DNA of 64,000 nucleotides, taken from positions 149,668,001 to 149,732,000 of the forward strand of contig OZ024741.1 of assembly GCA_964016885.1 (NCBI GenBank), given 5' to 3'. The DNA comes from Eledone cirrhosa (Eukaryota). The notes beneath the pieces were generated by a model that was not told the origin of the DNA, searched no databases, and was given only the letters and a program-made list of their open reading frames with translations. A program made the translations under genes and the position numbers. Positions 1-37,350 of the stretch are shown here, one piece after another (within the stretch, counting starts at the first letter, position 1; the number at the start of each line of letters is the position of its first letter).

Positions 1-1474
1 ATGATGATGATAATAATGGTGAAAAGAAAAAATGATAAATATAAGTTTCAAGATTATGCATGTAATAAGCATTATATTTTTCTAGTTGCCCTGCTACAAT
101 TTGACTTAGGTTTGTAAAACAAATAAATTTAATGAAGAAAAATTTTTTTAAATAAATTGACAATTTATACTAGGTAATTGAAGTTTGAAACAAAAAATAT
201 TAATTTTTCAGTTGAATTGAAAAAAGAAAAACTTATATTTAATGGTATATAAGACCTGGCCTTTTTAAAAAATAAAAAAATAAAAATAAAGTGCTCAAAA
301 ATATCCAGATGTTATTTGGATATACCTGTATTTACAAAATTTATTGAAAATATCTTTGCTTTTTGAAACAGGTGAACTATGAATAACAGTAAAATAGGTT
401 GGGTAAAATACCTCTGGAAACGGGGGCGAAGTAGACAATACTGCTTGTAGTAATTGAATCACGCATCAACTGTAATTGTTAAATATGGTCATCCAGAATA
501 TGGCAGATTTATGGTTTGATTTTCGCAGGCAGTGCTGTTCATTTTACCCCCAATTTCCAGAGCTATTTGCCCAAATTATTGGACTATTATTTGTAGTTCA
601 TCTGTATTTGGTAGATTTTCAAGCAGCAGGTGTATTTTCAAATTTCCCTAATACTTCATAAACAAACCAAATGCTGTACACAATTTATTTTAATTCTAAT
701 TATTGTCTTTGGAGGTGCCATTAAATATAGTAGTTGGAAAGTTAAATGGTTTATTTAGTAACTTCATTAAAATGTTTTTCCTTTATTTAATTCCAAACTT
801 TGAACAAAAAATAAAAAAAACAAAACTGGCAGTTTATTTTGGTATTGGACCTGTCTCTGGTATAATGGAATATCAGGAGAAAGTGTGAAAAAAAAACAGC
901 TTTTGCTATCTTAGTAAGCTACAGGGACATTTTTCAACTGTGCCATCTTTGAAATTCAGAAAAGTTTTATAAGTGATATACTTTTCTTTGCTCACAACTT
1001 GTATACACTGGAACAAATGTACACGCATATTTTCACACAATCAATCACAGGAACAAGCAGATATTCACACCAACATATACACACTCATGCAGACAAACAT
1101 ACACTGATGTAAACACACTCAAACACAGAAAGTTACATATACAGATATACATACACACATTCACACCAGCAAACACCTCCAAGGTTGAAATTTCACTTTC
1201 AGGTAATTTTACTTGGATCATTTTTTTTTTTTTTCCCCTTTTCAAATCCTCAGTGTTTTTAATTAGAAATCTCCAAATGATTAATCCAACATGTTTTCAG
1301 AAAGCAAACTTGTAAAGTTTAATCAAGGTTGTTATTTTTTCTTTTCTTCTCATTTTTCTTTTACTTTTTCATTTCATTTTATTCATTAACCACCAAATTT
1401 AATTCATGAAAACACTTCAATTTATTTCAATAAAGAAAAATTGCAGGCGGGGAAGACAGAAGAAAATTATATAT

Positions 1475-1797
1475 ACAGTGTACCCCCCTGCCATTCGCAG
1501 TCCCGGTTATTTGTGGAATTTTCCTTAGAATCTAACTAATAATTGTTTGTGGAAAACACTGCATATTCACAGAATCGTAAATATCTTCCACAATTTTGTT
1601 ATATATTTTAATGCTAAATTATTAATAACAATATACTGTATTTGCTGATGTTGGACGGTCACTGATCACTTAAGACGGTCCCTCTTTTTTATTATATTTT
1701 ATGTTATATTTTGATATTTATAGGCATTTTTATGGACCACATCCAATATTTGCGGTTATTCACTCTTGGCGTGTGCTCCAGGAACGTAACCCCCGTC
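1475..1797. mobile_element. pogo/Tigger-like MITE (second copy at about 32495-32745)
   Basis: TA-CAGTGTACCCCC...ATTCGC end; the interior (ctaactaataattg.ttgtggaaa...ggaacgtaacc) is shared with 32500-32740. Confidence 0.6.
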
Positions 1798-2149
1798 GCC
1801 CCATTTTTATAGTTTTAGCTAACTTGCCTTTTCATAAATTAACCAATATATGTTTTTAAAGTGAAATGTGGATACATACACATAACGTTTTAATAGTCTT
1901 TGTCATTAGACTGTTGCCATGCTGAGGTACTGCCTTGATTTATTGATCATTTTGACTTAATTGATTTATTATTGTTGAACCATTAAATTACAGGACATAC
2001 ACGTGCGTGCATGTACCACACATACAGTGAGCTTCTACAAAGTTCGATTTATGAGGCATACATCAACCTGAGGCTCTAGTAGAGTTCCTTAACCACACAA
2101 CCATGTCTATACCTATATATATATGTATATATCATTTAGTATGAGGATC

Positions 2150-2830
2150 ATCATTATTTTACACCAATCTTTCCATGCGTCCTCCCTCCATTTGCTGCGT
2201 TCCTTCAACATCTCTCTAAAGTTCAGCAATTTGTGATCAGCTCTCACCACTTCAGTCCAGGATTTCCTTGATCATTCTCTTCTGTAGCTTCCTTCCATTG
2301 GGATCACTTGGTACTTCTTCACCCAAAGATTACCATGCATATGCATTACATTTTCGTACAAGTGCAGCCTTTTCTCTTGTATGCAACATCTGAGTCCTCT
2401 TATGCCTAGTTTTTCTCTTAGCTCCTCCATACTTCCTCTGTGATATATACTAACATTATATATCCACTGGAGAATACTTGATTTATTTATCTAATCCTTG
2501 CATAAACTACCAATGTCTCACTACCATGTAGTTTTGTAAGCATCATACAACTTGCCTGTTGCTTCTAAAGAAAATCCCTTTATTGTCAAGAATTAGTAAC
2601 TCCTTGAACTTTATCTATCTTGTTCTTATTCTAGCTATTATGCTAATTACATCTCCCAGGTAACAAAAGCTATTAATAACCTTTGGAACCTTCCCCAATT
2701 TGAAAAAAAAAAAAATTCTCGATGATGCTTATATTACCAACTATCCCTGTACACCAGTCACAAACACATTCTTTTCTGTTAGCCTATCTGCTATCCTACA
2801 ACACATCGTTTATCCATATTTTTCATTGTG
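2150..2830 (-). mobile_element. Degraded RTE 3' fragment
   Basis: Resembles 15900-16550 (YLGD, KFKELL, KGFSL, LRE-KLGIRGL motifs) and ends in a gatgat tail. Confidence 0.65.
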
Positions 2831-2850
2831 TACATCATTTTAATCATTGA

Positions 2851-3170
2851 TTAACCCTTTCGTTATTATATTTCTAATGATGACTATGATTTTCAATAAT
2901 TTTAAAAATAAGAAAAGATTTTGAAGTATTTAATAATATAATTAATTTTCTCATTCTGCTGTTGTTTACAACATAACTTAAAATGGTCTCACAAAAATTA
3001 TAAAGGAAGATTTAAATTTAAACATGAACATGTTAAAAAATGTTTTTTTTTCATCATAGAACCAAGAGTGGTTTTACGTGGGTTGGTACCAAAAGAATTA
3101 ATAGTTAAAACATGATTTTTCATCATAGAACCAAGGGTGGTTTTATGTGGGTTGGTACCAAAAGAATTAA
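2851..3170. mobile_element. Second abundant TTAA/CCCTTT MITE family (copies at about 4165-4492, 4787-4960, 6684-6920, 7440-7868, 21830-22030, 31640-31770, 48440-48695, 54900-55030, 62460-62630)
   Basis: Shared ttaaccctttt...ccatatttctaatgaaa...aataatcaagaattt...catagaaccag.ggtggtttc...aaaagggttaa; this copy has a tandem duplication of its right end (3040-3170). Confidence 0.7.
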
Positions 3171-3900
3171 TAGCTTGTTTTTTTCACCACATTATTTCTA
3201 GTTAGCTTTTTTATGTTCCTTACATTAAATATGACAGCCTCTAGTGTTGGTGATTTACACAAATCCAGTACACTCTGTAAAGAAGTTTGTGATAGGAAAG
3301 ACATCCAAACAAAGGATGTGAGGACTCTTCAGTTGTGCCATAAACATAACAATCTCCCTATTGTGGATGATCTATACAATAAATACACCCAGTACACTGT
3401 AGTGTGGTTGGTGATAGGAAGGACATTCAGTTGTAGAAAACCTGCCAAACAAAGTCTTTTCAGCTGTGTCAAAGACATGATAATTTTCCTGGTGTTGGTG
3501 CCACAATAAAATGCACTAGGTAGACTGCTGAGTTGTATGTCAGTGCCCTGTGTCCCTGGTAGTCAGTGGATCTACTTGAATACTGACTGGTCTGTGACGA
3601 CACATCCACTCCTGCCTCAGGGAAAATGGGACATTAAACGATGATGAAGACTAACACAACCATTCATTTAGTAAGATACTTTTTCATGATTTAGCTTTGT
3701 TTCAAGCTTAACATAACAAAAAGTTCCTTGCATAAAATTATAATGGAACATTTTTGATTTAATTTATATGCTTTAAAATGGATAGTTTTGTAACAAGTGC
3801 CAGATGTATTTCAGGTAGGTTGAGTTAAACAAGACCTGTTCTCCATTGCATTTTTTTTGCTACTACAGATTAAACTTTTCATTATTATACTTTTAATTAA

Positions 3901-4079
3901 TTGGCAGTATCGGTAGAGGCGTCGGACGCCATGCTTTGACGCATAGAGTTACGGCCCTTGCCATTCTGAGTTCAAATCCCGCCGAGGTTAACTTTGCCTT
4001 TCATCCTTACGGGGTCGATAAAATAAAGTACCAGTAATGTACTGGGTAATTACTGGTCTTGTGCCAAAAAGTAGAAACA
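3901..4079 (+). mobile_element. Second tRNA-derived SINE family (Meta/Sauria-like central domain), 20-bp TSD
   Basis: B box GAGTTCAAATCC, core gcctttcatccttacggggtcgataaaat; TSD attattatacttttaattaa at 3881-3900 and 4080-4099. Confidence 0.82.
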
Positions 4080-5242
4080 ATTATTATACTTTTAATTAAA
4101 GATATTGCCTATAATTTTGAAAATAATCAAGAATTTGTAGGGGGTTTGTAGAATAACTAACTTATTAACCCTTTTGATACCAAACTGAAACCACATCACA
4201 TTTGTGATGCAAAACTGCTCATTTTAAATTGTATATACTTTTTATTAAATCTTGACATCACCATGAGAAATTTTAAAGTAATGTTCTCAATATCAGCTTT
4301 CGTATGAAAAAATTATTTGATTAAATTTATCTAAAATATTTTTCAAAATTAATTGAAACATCCAGGTGGTGTATTTCATTAGAAATATAATAATGAAAGA
4401 GTTAATTTTGATAAATATAAACATTTCAAATAAATTGTTTTGTATCATAGAACCAGAGGTGGTTTCAGACAGTTTTGTATTGAAAGAGTTAACATCTCTA
4501 TCTTTAGATAATTATATCTGACTGATTAGTAAAAACCGAACCAATGGACTGATATAGAAAATATATATGTTAACTTCATTAACTATGTATTATGATGCTT
4601 GTACAGCAAGAAACCAATCAATCAAGTGATCAATTTATATCAACCCTTAACGTGTTTATTTATTGACTAATGAGGATGGGTTGGGAGATGGTTGGCTAGC
4701 TTTCTTTGAGGGGGAGGCTCTATTAGGGGATTTTTTTTTTAGCGGTGAAGGCAATTTTAAAACATGCCGTAAATATAAATATATTTTAACCTTTTCATTG
4801 CCATATTTCTAATGAAAGATACAGTTTATATTTTTAAAAATAATCAGGAATTAGAAGGAATTTGGTAATATTACTCTCATTATTAAGTTAATGTTGGGAA
4901 CATGAAAGAATATAAATAATAATACGATGGAATGATTTAGAAACAAAGCTATTTAACCTCATTGCACCATGATACCTACCATATGTTTTGTTCCCAACAC
5001 TAGATATCAGCACAAAAATAACTGGGTTGGGGTGGGGGTCATCATTTAAACCAGAAAAAAAAAAAGATAATAAATGCCTTGCTGAAGAATTTAGCTAAAA
5101 CAATGATATAAAATGATTGCTGTTTCTTGTAAAAAGTTAAATGTTAGATAACTGTAGTAAACAGGGGTAGAATGGAATACCAGCTTGGAGGTTACACACA
5201 CATATCCATATATGCACACTAGTAATTATGTGTGTGTATATA

Positions 5243-5880
5243 TCATCATTGTTGAGCGTCCATTTACCACGCTAGCATGGTAGGTCTTCAGTATTACTGC
5301 GTAATGCAAGAGATCTCGGTCCTGTGTCATGGCCTTTGAGAGGTGCAATTGGGCAAGGTCAGCTTTTATCACCTTGTCCCAGGTCTTCCTGGGTTTCTCC
5401 ACAAGGCTTCGATCACTCTGCACTTTTTATACAGCTGTCATTCTTCATACACATCACATGTCCATACCAACGTAATCTCTCCTGCACACTGCATTTAGTT
5501 TCTCGGTTTATGCTTTGCTGTTCATACACACACACTAACATACTACCTGTCAAAGGTGATAGGGTGTATAGTAAAAAATATCTAATTAGAATGTTGCAAT
5601 TGTAGAATTACTATGTGAAGACTCTTGAATCCCTGAATTTTCTTTGGTCTTCATAAATCTTCAGTTTTTAAAAAAAATTCTTATTATTATTCACTATCTT
5701 AAAGGTAAAGTATTTGTCTTGTTACATTGGTATGTATATATGGTGATACAGAGACAAGGAGAGATAGAACTTATTCTGGCTAAAACACTTTCAGAGCAAC
5801 CTCCCCTACTGCTGATTAGGTCACCTAGGTAACTAAAGTTGTCTACAACTTCTTGGGAACCTTCCGGGCAGTTATAGGAA
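5243..5880 (-). mobile_element. RTE 3' fragments
   Basis: KPRKTWDKVIKADL and VVDNFSYLGDLISSRGGCSESVLARI; atgatgat tail. Confidence 0.72.
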
Positions 5881-6175
5881 TTATTTTGTGAATCCAACAC
5901 ACTAACCATTAGGCCACATGCTTTCATATATATATGTATGGATCCCTAAATTGTGATATGTCGTAGAAGCACTGTAGTGACATACAGCATTTCTTGGGTA
6001 TTTTAAACATTAAATTAACATGTAAGTGCTCATTTTTGTCAGTTGAGTGGACTGGAGCAACATGAAATAAAGTGTCCTTTTCAAACATACAGCACATCGC
6101 TTGTTCCAGGAATCAAACTTACGAGTGTATGATCATAAGCTGAACACTTTAACCATTAAGTCACGTGTCTTCACA

Positions 6176-6212
<37 letters not shown>

Positions 6213-6358
6213 CAAAAAGGACAGTCTTTGGATTAATTGCATTCAATTGTTACTATAAGAACTGCTTTTTGTTATGTTCCGCTGTGTGTGTATTTGTATG
6301 TATGTAGAGAGAGAGAGAGAGAAAGAAAGACTTAATTTTCCATGTTTTTTTTATGCAG

Positions 6359-29104
<22,746 letters not shown>

Positions 29105-29828
29105 TCACTTCTCCAGGGTTGGCTCTCCCCATTTCCTATTTTTTATTCTTTTATATATATAAGAATAAATACAAAAAAAATGAAAAAGTACAATATCACC
29201 ACCACCACCACCATCAACTACGAGACGGAGGTGATAGGAGATAATCTTTTCCCTCTATTTCTCCACTCCTCTCTTCTCAATCTGTCTCTCCATCCCTCTA
29301 GATTTTGTCAAGTTTCCAGAAGAATCTCACCAGAGAAAAAGGAAAGAAAACAAAGACATTATTATTATTATTATATGTAAAATAAAATTTTAAAACTTTT
29401 TTTTTGAGAAATTTTAACAGAAATTATTTTATGATGTTCTCCCTCTGTCATCTCCTGGTCCCTGCTCTCTCATCCATCCCATTTTCTGATCCCTGCCTTC
29501 CCAGTCATTTCTCTTCTCTTCTATTTTAGTGGGATGGGGGCAGTTTAGATCCATTTATATGCCCTCTCACCCTCTCACCCTCTAAAGACAACTTTTTTTT
29601 TAAACAATGGCTGAAACTTTAAGAAGAAAAAAACTTTGCAGCAATCAATCTCATCATGTTTTTTTTAAACTATACTATATTGTATCATTATTGTAAAGGG
29701 GGTGGCACTATCAGTAGGGGTGGACAAAAGGCTTTGCAATATTTGGTCAACTTTGTCTTTACATTCTTACCAATTGTTCCCTCCCCAGAAATAATAATAT
29801 TATTATTATTATTAAGGACACATTATTA

Positions 29829-30019
29829 GGGTGCTGGATTGGCAGTATCGGTAGAGGTTCGGACGCCATGCTTTGTAGCATAGAGTTACGGCCCTTGCCA
29901 TTCTGAATTCAAATCTCGCTGAGGTTAACTTTGCCTTTCATCCTTATGGGGTCGATAAAATAAAGTACCAGTAATGCACTGGGTAATTGCTGGCCTTGCT
30001 TGTGCCAAAAGTAGAAACA
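29829..30019 (+). mobile_element. Second SINE family copy in the probable NSD 3' UTR (other copies at 9085-9205 and about 27390-27480)
   Basis: Near-identical to 3901-4079; TSD attattattaaggacac at 29805-29821 and 30020-30036. Confidence 0.82.
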
Positions 30020-33000
30020 ATTATTATTAAGGACACGAAGTTGGCAAACTGGATTAAATATTGCTTTACAGCTTTTTACTTTTGCCCATTTAATTCAACT
30101 CATTTTTCTGTGAGGTCAGTGAAATATTTACCAATAATGAATGCAAGCATGGCTGTGTTTAAAGTGCACTTTGCATTTATATGGTTTCAGGTCCAATTCC
30201 AAAGCTTGACACATTAGGCAATGGTCTTTTACCTTTGGTTAACGAAAACCTTGTGGGCAAAATTTAGTCAACGGAAACTGTAGAGGGCTGTCAAAGAAAC
30301 CATTCTTACTTTTGGGTGGTGGACTTAATCTACCACTTCATCCTTGTGTTAGTGTTAAGGTTAGATTTGATGCATCACCTGGTTTAATACCACCTCCACC
30401 TGGTCCTTGGGTTAGTTTTAAGGTTAGGCTTAACACCTCCACCTCATGGTCTTTGGGTTAAGGTTCGATAATCCATTGCCTAGCCACTGGGTATTTGAGC
30501 AAGTTGCAAGCATTTGAATCAATACTCTGGTTCAAGAATATCTTCTTTGTTTCAGGACTAGGGGTGAGTAAGCTATAAAAGATTTCTTAGAGTTGATCCA
30601 AGTCCACCAATCCATTCATGCAGAATTGACCTTGTGCTTAATACATCTTCCTTTTTTATACCAACTTTTCCATTGTCTGGAAATGTCTTCTCCAGTACAT
30701 CATCTCACCACAAATTGCAGTCTTTTCTCTTCACTGAGTTCTTTCCTGTTGGATCACTTGGAATTTTTTACCCATCTGTTCTCCTTTATATGTATCACAT
30801 GTTCATACCAGAGCAGCCCCTTCTCTTGTACATTTCATCTGATTCTTTTTTACCTAGATTTTCTCAAATAAGTGGAGCAACCATTATTATTCTTGTTGGC
30901 AGTATCAGTACATTGTCGAACAACATGCTTAATGGCATGCAGGTACGGCCCTTTGTTTTTCATCCTTTCGGGGATTGATTTAATTAACTTTCCCCTCTCC
31001 CCAAATTGTTGGCTTTGTATCTAAATCAGAAACCATTATCATGGGGGTGGGGTGGCAGAGGTGACAGAAAGGGTCATTGAAGGTGTAAGAAATCATCATT
31101 ATTATGTTTAGTTCTGTAAGAAATTTCAATGGAAATGGAAGGGAGGGTTCTGATGAGACTAATTATATCTCCCCCCCCCTCTCCCATCAATCTAAATACA
31201 ATTCTCTAAGTGAAGGCGGAGATCCTCTCCCTGGGGTTACTATTGCAATCTTTCTTTTCATCACTACCATGGGGTTTTATATTTTAATTACTTGGATAGA
31301 GTTGCCTTCAACAGGTCTGTGTATGTAAACATATGACAATGTATGTATGCGTGAGTGTTATTCAATGAGTGTGTGCTGCAACCCTGCTATTACTCTCTCA
31401 AACTTTATCCACATCAGCCAATCACAATCTTAATGCCATTTTGTTCCATTTTCATTCCCCTTCCCCCTGTCTATTTCTTTTTTTTTTTTAATTCCTTCAA
31501 ATAATAGGAATTTAAATAAAAATTGAATTAAAAAAATGTACAAAAATATATAAACAATTGTTATTCTTTTAAAGTTTTATTCTTTCTAGTTTTGTTGTCT
31601 GTGTGATGTGTTTCACTGACTGTTGAATCATGAACTCTAGTTTCCATATTTCTAATGAAAAACACAACCTATGATTTTTTAAAAATTATTTTGAAAATAG
31701 GTATTTCACTGATTTAGTAATATAACCAACTTTCACATTATAAAGTTATGTTGGAATCATAGAACCAGGGTTTGGTAAGTTCTGTTCTATCTAGGTGTTT
31801 GTCTTATCAGTAGTTTTCAATGACCAAGTAATATAAAGAACACAAAACCAATGCTATGGTCAGTCTTTAACATCGTTTTTAATCATAATATTTACGTCCA
31901 TGCTGGCATGAGTCGGATAGGGTATCACTGATTGGACAGACCCCCCCCCCCTCAGTTTCTATATTACCAACATAGAATTGACTGGATGCATTTTCTCACG
32001 CAACTGACGGGTCCTCCCAATCTTCTGTTTGTCATATTACAATTGGTGGGTTAATGATAAGCTATGTTTAAGAAAAGAAATAGTGCCAAAATTTTAATAA
32101 CCACATATATAATTATTTTATGTTCTTCCTGTCGCCTTTTTGCTAGCCAGTCATGGGAGATATGGGCGTGGCCGCGTGTTCAATCTTGGGTCAGGAACTA
32201 AACTTTTCATTCTTTCTATCTAAAGGAAATAAATTTAAAAAAAAAAAAGCGACGAAGGGAGATAATTCAGGCATAAGTGAAGGAGTTACAATTTTAGTCG
32301 TTCGGAATCTCTCTCTATATATATATATATATGCAGTGTGAGTGTATTTTATATAACAAAACCTTAACTCGTATCACCAAGAGTTCAAAAAATCCTAAGA
32401 ACATTTTATTGAAAAAAAAAAAAAAGACTTTCTTCTTTGGTGAATGGAAAAAGACCTTGGGTGGTCTCGGATATGACTGACACACACATATATAATGTAC
32501 TCTCGGAATTTTCCTTACCACCTAACTAATAATTGCTTGTGGAAACCACCGCATATTCGCGGAATCGTAAATTTCCTCTGCGATTTTTTTTTTTTTTTTT
32601 TTTTTTTTAACGCTAAATTATTAACAATACACCTTATTTGCCGGCCCATATTTTAACGTTTATAGATATTTTTATGGATCACGTCCAATATTCTAGGGTG
32701 CTTTAGGAACGTAACCACTGCGAATACCGGAGGACAACTATGTATATATATGTACTTGTCAGTCTCACACTGCAGATAACTAGACGGTGATGGCTCAGCC
32801 CCTTAACACGAACGTCCAAGCAGAGAATCGAAGACAATAAAAAAAACATCAATTACTGATCTGTCTCCGATTTCCCTTATACCATGTATACTTATGGATA
32901 TCATTATGCTGGAAAAGTGTCCATAATAAGGCCTGTCCATTTGCATTTAGATCATGTTATTAGTATCAATATGAGCATAGGAGTCTCCCATTAGCATATA

Positions 33001-34779
33001 TATGACTTCATCATGAGAGGACCTCTATTTGGACTCTTTGATGCATACATAAACTTGCACCATCCACAGAGGCCTTTCATTCAGTGCAAGATACAGTAAA
33101 GACCGCTTCAGAAAATAAGCAAATTGGATTGATGTGAACAAGAACTGCAATATCGTTACACACACTCAAATATATAACCATACTGCAGCACTGACAAATT
33201 CCTTCTAAATTAGAAGCTATATGAACAGCTTAGATGTCAACAGCCTTTAATATATTGTCAGAGGTCGCTTCGATGAACTATGTTATGAAAGTGGCAGTTT
33301 TAGCACAGCTAATTAGGGATAGTCAAAATTTACTTTTTACATACACGTATATAAGTGTCCGAAAATGTTAAGATAAGATAAGATTCTTTTCCTGCTATTT
33401 CAAGCGTTAAAATAATACAATCATTGTATTGTCTCGTTTGCTTTGTTATTTCTGTTTACTTTTTACACACACATTTTTTATATATGTATATAAAGAGAGA
33501 GAGAGAGAGATAATTTTATATGTTGATAGTAAGGCGTTCAGATATTTATTTAAAGCTCAAATGTGGTTTATTTTATATCCAGGATAACGAGATATTTCAG
33601 GGGTAAAGATATACTTCCGGTCATCTTAGATTTAAATCACAGAAGAAAGTCACCAAGTTCAACAGTTAATACATTATTTATTTGATCTACTCGTGTTTCA
33701 TTATCTTAGAATATTGTCAGGATCAATAATAAATCTAGCATATTAAAGAGTACCGATCCATGTATTCTTCGCATGCTCCAGTTGTAATTTGTAATTATTA
33801 CACACACATACATAGGAAGGCAATATATTAGTTTTACGCTTGCTAAGCAGTAAAAGAGTCAACGTTTCTTACGTTAACTCTTCATCCCAAAATAGAATGA
33901 GAAATTAAAGAAGAGTGGGCAGTGGCAGAAACGAAATGAGAGAGAGAAAGAGAGTTGTGGAAATCAAATTTGTGCGTTTTCAATTAAATTATACCGAAAT
34001 GAACGAGGACAAAAGTATGTATGAGACTCGAACAGATGGAAAACAATGCTCGCTTCTTCAGCCACCGACAGTACTATGTTACATAAAAACCGGTTTCAAT
34101 GCATATATGGTGGAACCGAACATACAATGGTATCAGTAAATTATAAGGCTCCAGTTACTACCTAACATACAAAACAATATACGAATATACAGAATACGAG
34201 AGTCTTTCGACAAAGAGACAATACAGTAACGAGGTACCTACCGAAATTGTCTAACAGACGGGCGGGCGGGCGGTTGCTGCAAAGAAATGTAATGTGGACA
34301 AAACAAATATATTCTTTTGAATGTAAATAGAACGTGTAGGTATGCAGGGTGGGAAAACACTGAAAAAAGAATTTATGACATTGGCGACCTAGAATGGAGA
34401 GAGATATTAACATGTATTAAGAAATGTGCACATGGTAAAGTGAGCACAAACAACGAACACAAGAATATTTTCCTTGTCAGTCACTGCATTGGAAACAAAT
34501 TTTGAGTGGGATTGTTTATTTTATCCAGGTCGTACAATGCCGAGGAAAGATGCACAAGACAATTCAACAACCAAGCAACGGAATAAATAAACAGTATAGG
34601 TGAATGCAAATGAGCATCTCTGTGCAAGCCTCTAAGTTGATCAAGCAGAGATACAGAAATGTCTATAGTTCGTTATAGAAAAGACGTGTGTATGTGTAAT
34701 AAGCAACAGTGGAAAAGAAATATAGGGAATTTCGTTCAAAAAGAATCCCCCCCCTCCCCCCTGTTATTCAAGCATGTTG

Positions 34780-35860
34780 CGCCAACCACAGATTTTGCCT
34801 TTTTCAGCAAGTTGTCTCGTATAGGCCTCCACTTCTAGGTTTTTATCTCATCTTTCTTAGTGTAATAAGTGACAATTATGTCTTCCTTGAATTTGTCCCA
34901 AGCTGAAGGTTCCTTCAAATTGTCTTCCGAGTTCATCAAGATGGTTAATAATTGCGTATCTAGGTTGGGTGGCACATTCTTCATTTACAGCCTTCAGTCT
35001 GGTGAGAATGTAATCTATCTGGCTTGTTTGCCTGATTGGTAGGTGATCAGATTGCTGTTTGATTTTCTCAAGTTAGTGTTGGAGATAGCCATAACAAAAC
35101 TAGTTGTCTTCATCCTGCCTCCTATGATACCCATAACCTCTACTGAGTTGCCCATCGTGTCAATTAAATTTGTCAGCTATAATTATGGTGTTAAAGTTAT
35201 TTGTTAATGAAGTAATCCGCATAAGGGTTTAATAAAAAGGGCCCTTCAGTTCCTCTGGTAGTCAAGTTTGTGGTACATAAGCAAAGATGAGTGCCGCTTA
35301 TTCTATCTAAGACTAGCCAAAGCTTAATGATTCTATCACTCACTTTGACTACTTTAACTACCTATTTTTCTGCTAACAATATATCTACTCCACTCAGCCC
35401 ATGATTGTTAGCTACCCAGGAAAATTGATAGATTTGTGTTTTGCCTATGAGGTGTCTGGCTGAGGCTCTTCTCCATCTTGCTTCTTGTACACAAGCTTTT
35501 CCTCCAACATTGCTACACTCTCACCTGACCTACCTTTCATTAAGCTAACCTTGATGGTGACAGCTCTGAAATTTTGGAACACACAGGAAGAGGGAGGGTT
35601 TTGGGTTGCAAGATCCCAGGAAGGCAGAGGGTAACATGGTGGTGGAATAATAAAGTAGACGAGGTGATTAAAGATAAGAAACAAGCCTGGAATGACTGGA
35701 AGTATGGGGAAAGCTGAGAGCTACACCAAGAAATGAGAAGAGAAGCTAGGTGGATCAATGGTTTTGTATTAGATTCATACATCTGAAATAGAAAAAGTTT
35801 GCAAGGTTGTCTGGCTCATACATCTGAAATAGAAAAAGTTTGCAAGGTTGTCTGGCCTTT
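34780..35860. mobile_element. RTE fragment with internal inversion
   Basis: 34780-35600 (-) runs from the APE start to RDNLLKKA..ICGW; 35600-35860 (+) continues with RQRVTWWWNNKV. Confidence 0.7.
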
Positions 35861-37259
35861 TTTTTAGGGATTCACACCCATGATTCCCTGTTGCTATGTT
35901 ACACTAGTCACCAACAACATTACTACCAATTGTCATTATCATGTATTTATAGTAACACTCCAGTTTTGAGCCTTTAGAGGCAGCATATGATTATTGTCAA
36001 AAGTAGTATCGGTGGTGGGAGGGCACATGTATAAGTACATACATATAAGATGCTACACATTCTATTACTCACTCTATCCATCACATAATGACATTTGTTG
36101 TCATTTAAACTTAGCATCTTGCTACAATGGTCTAGCAATGTTTTCCCCCCAGTTATGTCATTATGATGTTTATGTTTTCCCATGAGAATGCTTGTTGCTA
36201 CATTTTTGTATATTTTATAAAGTCTTTGAGGATACAGGATTAATGTGAAATTAAACATTAAATCTAAATTCTTCAAGCTCAAATTATAATGTATATTAAT
36301 AATTGAGCTTAAGTGAATCACTTACCTTTTTTTTTCCATCTCACTCCTGTTTAAACATATTTAATACAAAACAAAGTCTTAACATTCTTCATTTTATTTA
36401 TGCACACATAACTAAAGGGTCCTTCCTGGTGTGATGCCAGATCTCATTATATAGCCTGTTTCCTACCTAAAGTGCTATTCCATGATCTACATCTCAGGGA
36501 CTGGCTGTAGGTTGGGTAGTTGGCTTACTCCCTCAGGTGTAGGTGTAAAGGGTTCCTTATGTGACGTACCTCGTCAAATGTTCAAGTGGAGATTCACTAA
36601 ATAGCTCCTGTCTTCTGTTGGTATTAGAGGTTTCTTTAAGTGGTTTAATTCAGCCCGCATGACTTTAGATGTTTCATCACAAGGCCTCTGTGCTCCAAAA
36701 TAGCAACCCCATAGCCACATAGGGATTCCTTTATTGACCCACATAAGATGTTATTAGCCTTTGCCATAGCTCAAGATATTTGCTGGTTAAGTTAGGGTAG
36801 GTAGAAGTGGATAAAAATAAAATAAGTTCATTTCCCATTCATAAAAATGTAGCAGAGAAAGATGATGAAGATAATGAAAATAATAAAAAAAAAAAGCTAA
36901 TTCAAGTTGGATTGAAAGCTGACATCTAAAACAACAGGATAACGTTGCTTGGAGACATCTGTGATTTATTCTGAGAACAAAATATGGTCTACAATGTTGA
37001 GTTTGATGACTGAGGGCAGGGGTTGAATTCTAGCTCCCAAGGAAAAAATATTTTAAAAAAATTTAACAAACACATGGCTGGTGATTTTATTTTGTTTTTT
37101 CTTTATACAACAGCTTTGAATGCAGCAAGTCTGATCAAAAGGTTCGCCATAGTGTCGACATTGTTGGCAGCAGCTGCTAACATACACATGCAGGGTTGCC
37201 TCATGTTGGTACGGTAGCGAAGAACAGTTCTGATGAGCCCAGGTCACTAGACAACTGAG

Positions 37260-37350
37260 CTGGGTGGTGGTGGTGGTGGTGGAAGTAGTAGTAGTAGTAG
37301 GTGGTGGTGGTGGTAATAATACAAGTAGTAGTGATAGTCACACACTCACT

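Noticed and set aside
476-6307. Short ORFs in the first 6 kb as extra NSD exons or separate genes
   Set aside because: They show low-complexity or TE-derived translations, with no convincing splice-bounded coding signal
36420-36800. Possible old restriction-like-endonuclease retroelement fragment
   Set aside because: The motifs are too degraded to support a call without a search
37228-37262. CTGATGA...CTGA in the Sin3 3' UTR region
   Set aside because: Too short for a snoRNA and lacks the hammerhead GAAA
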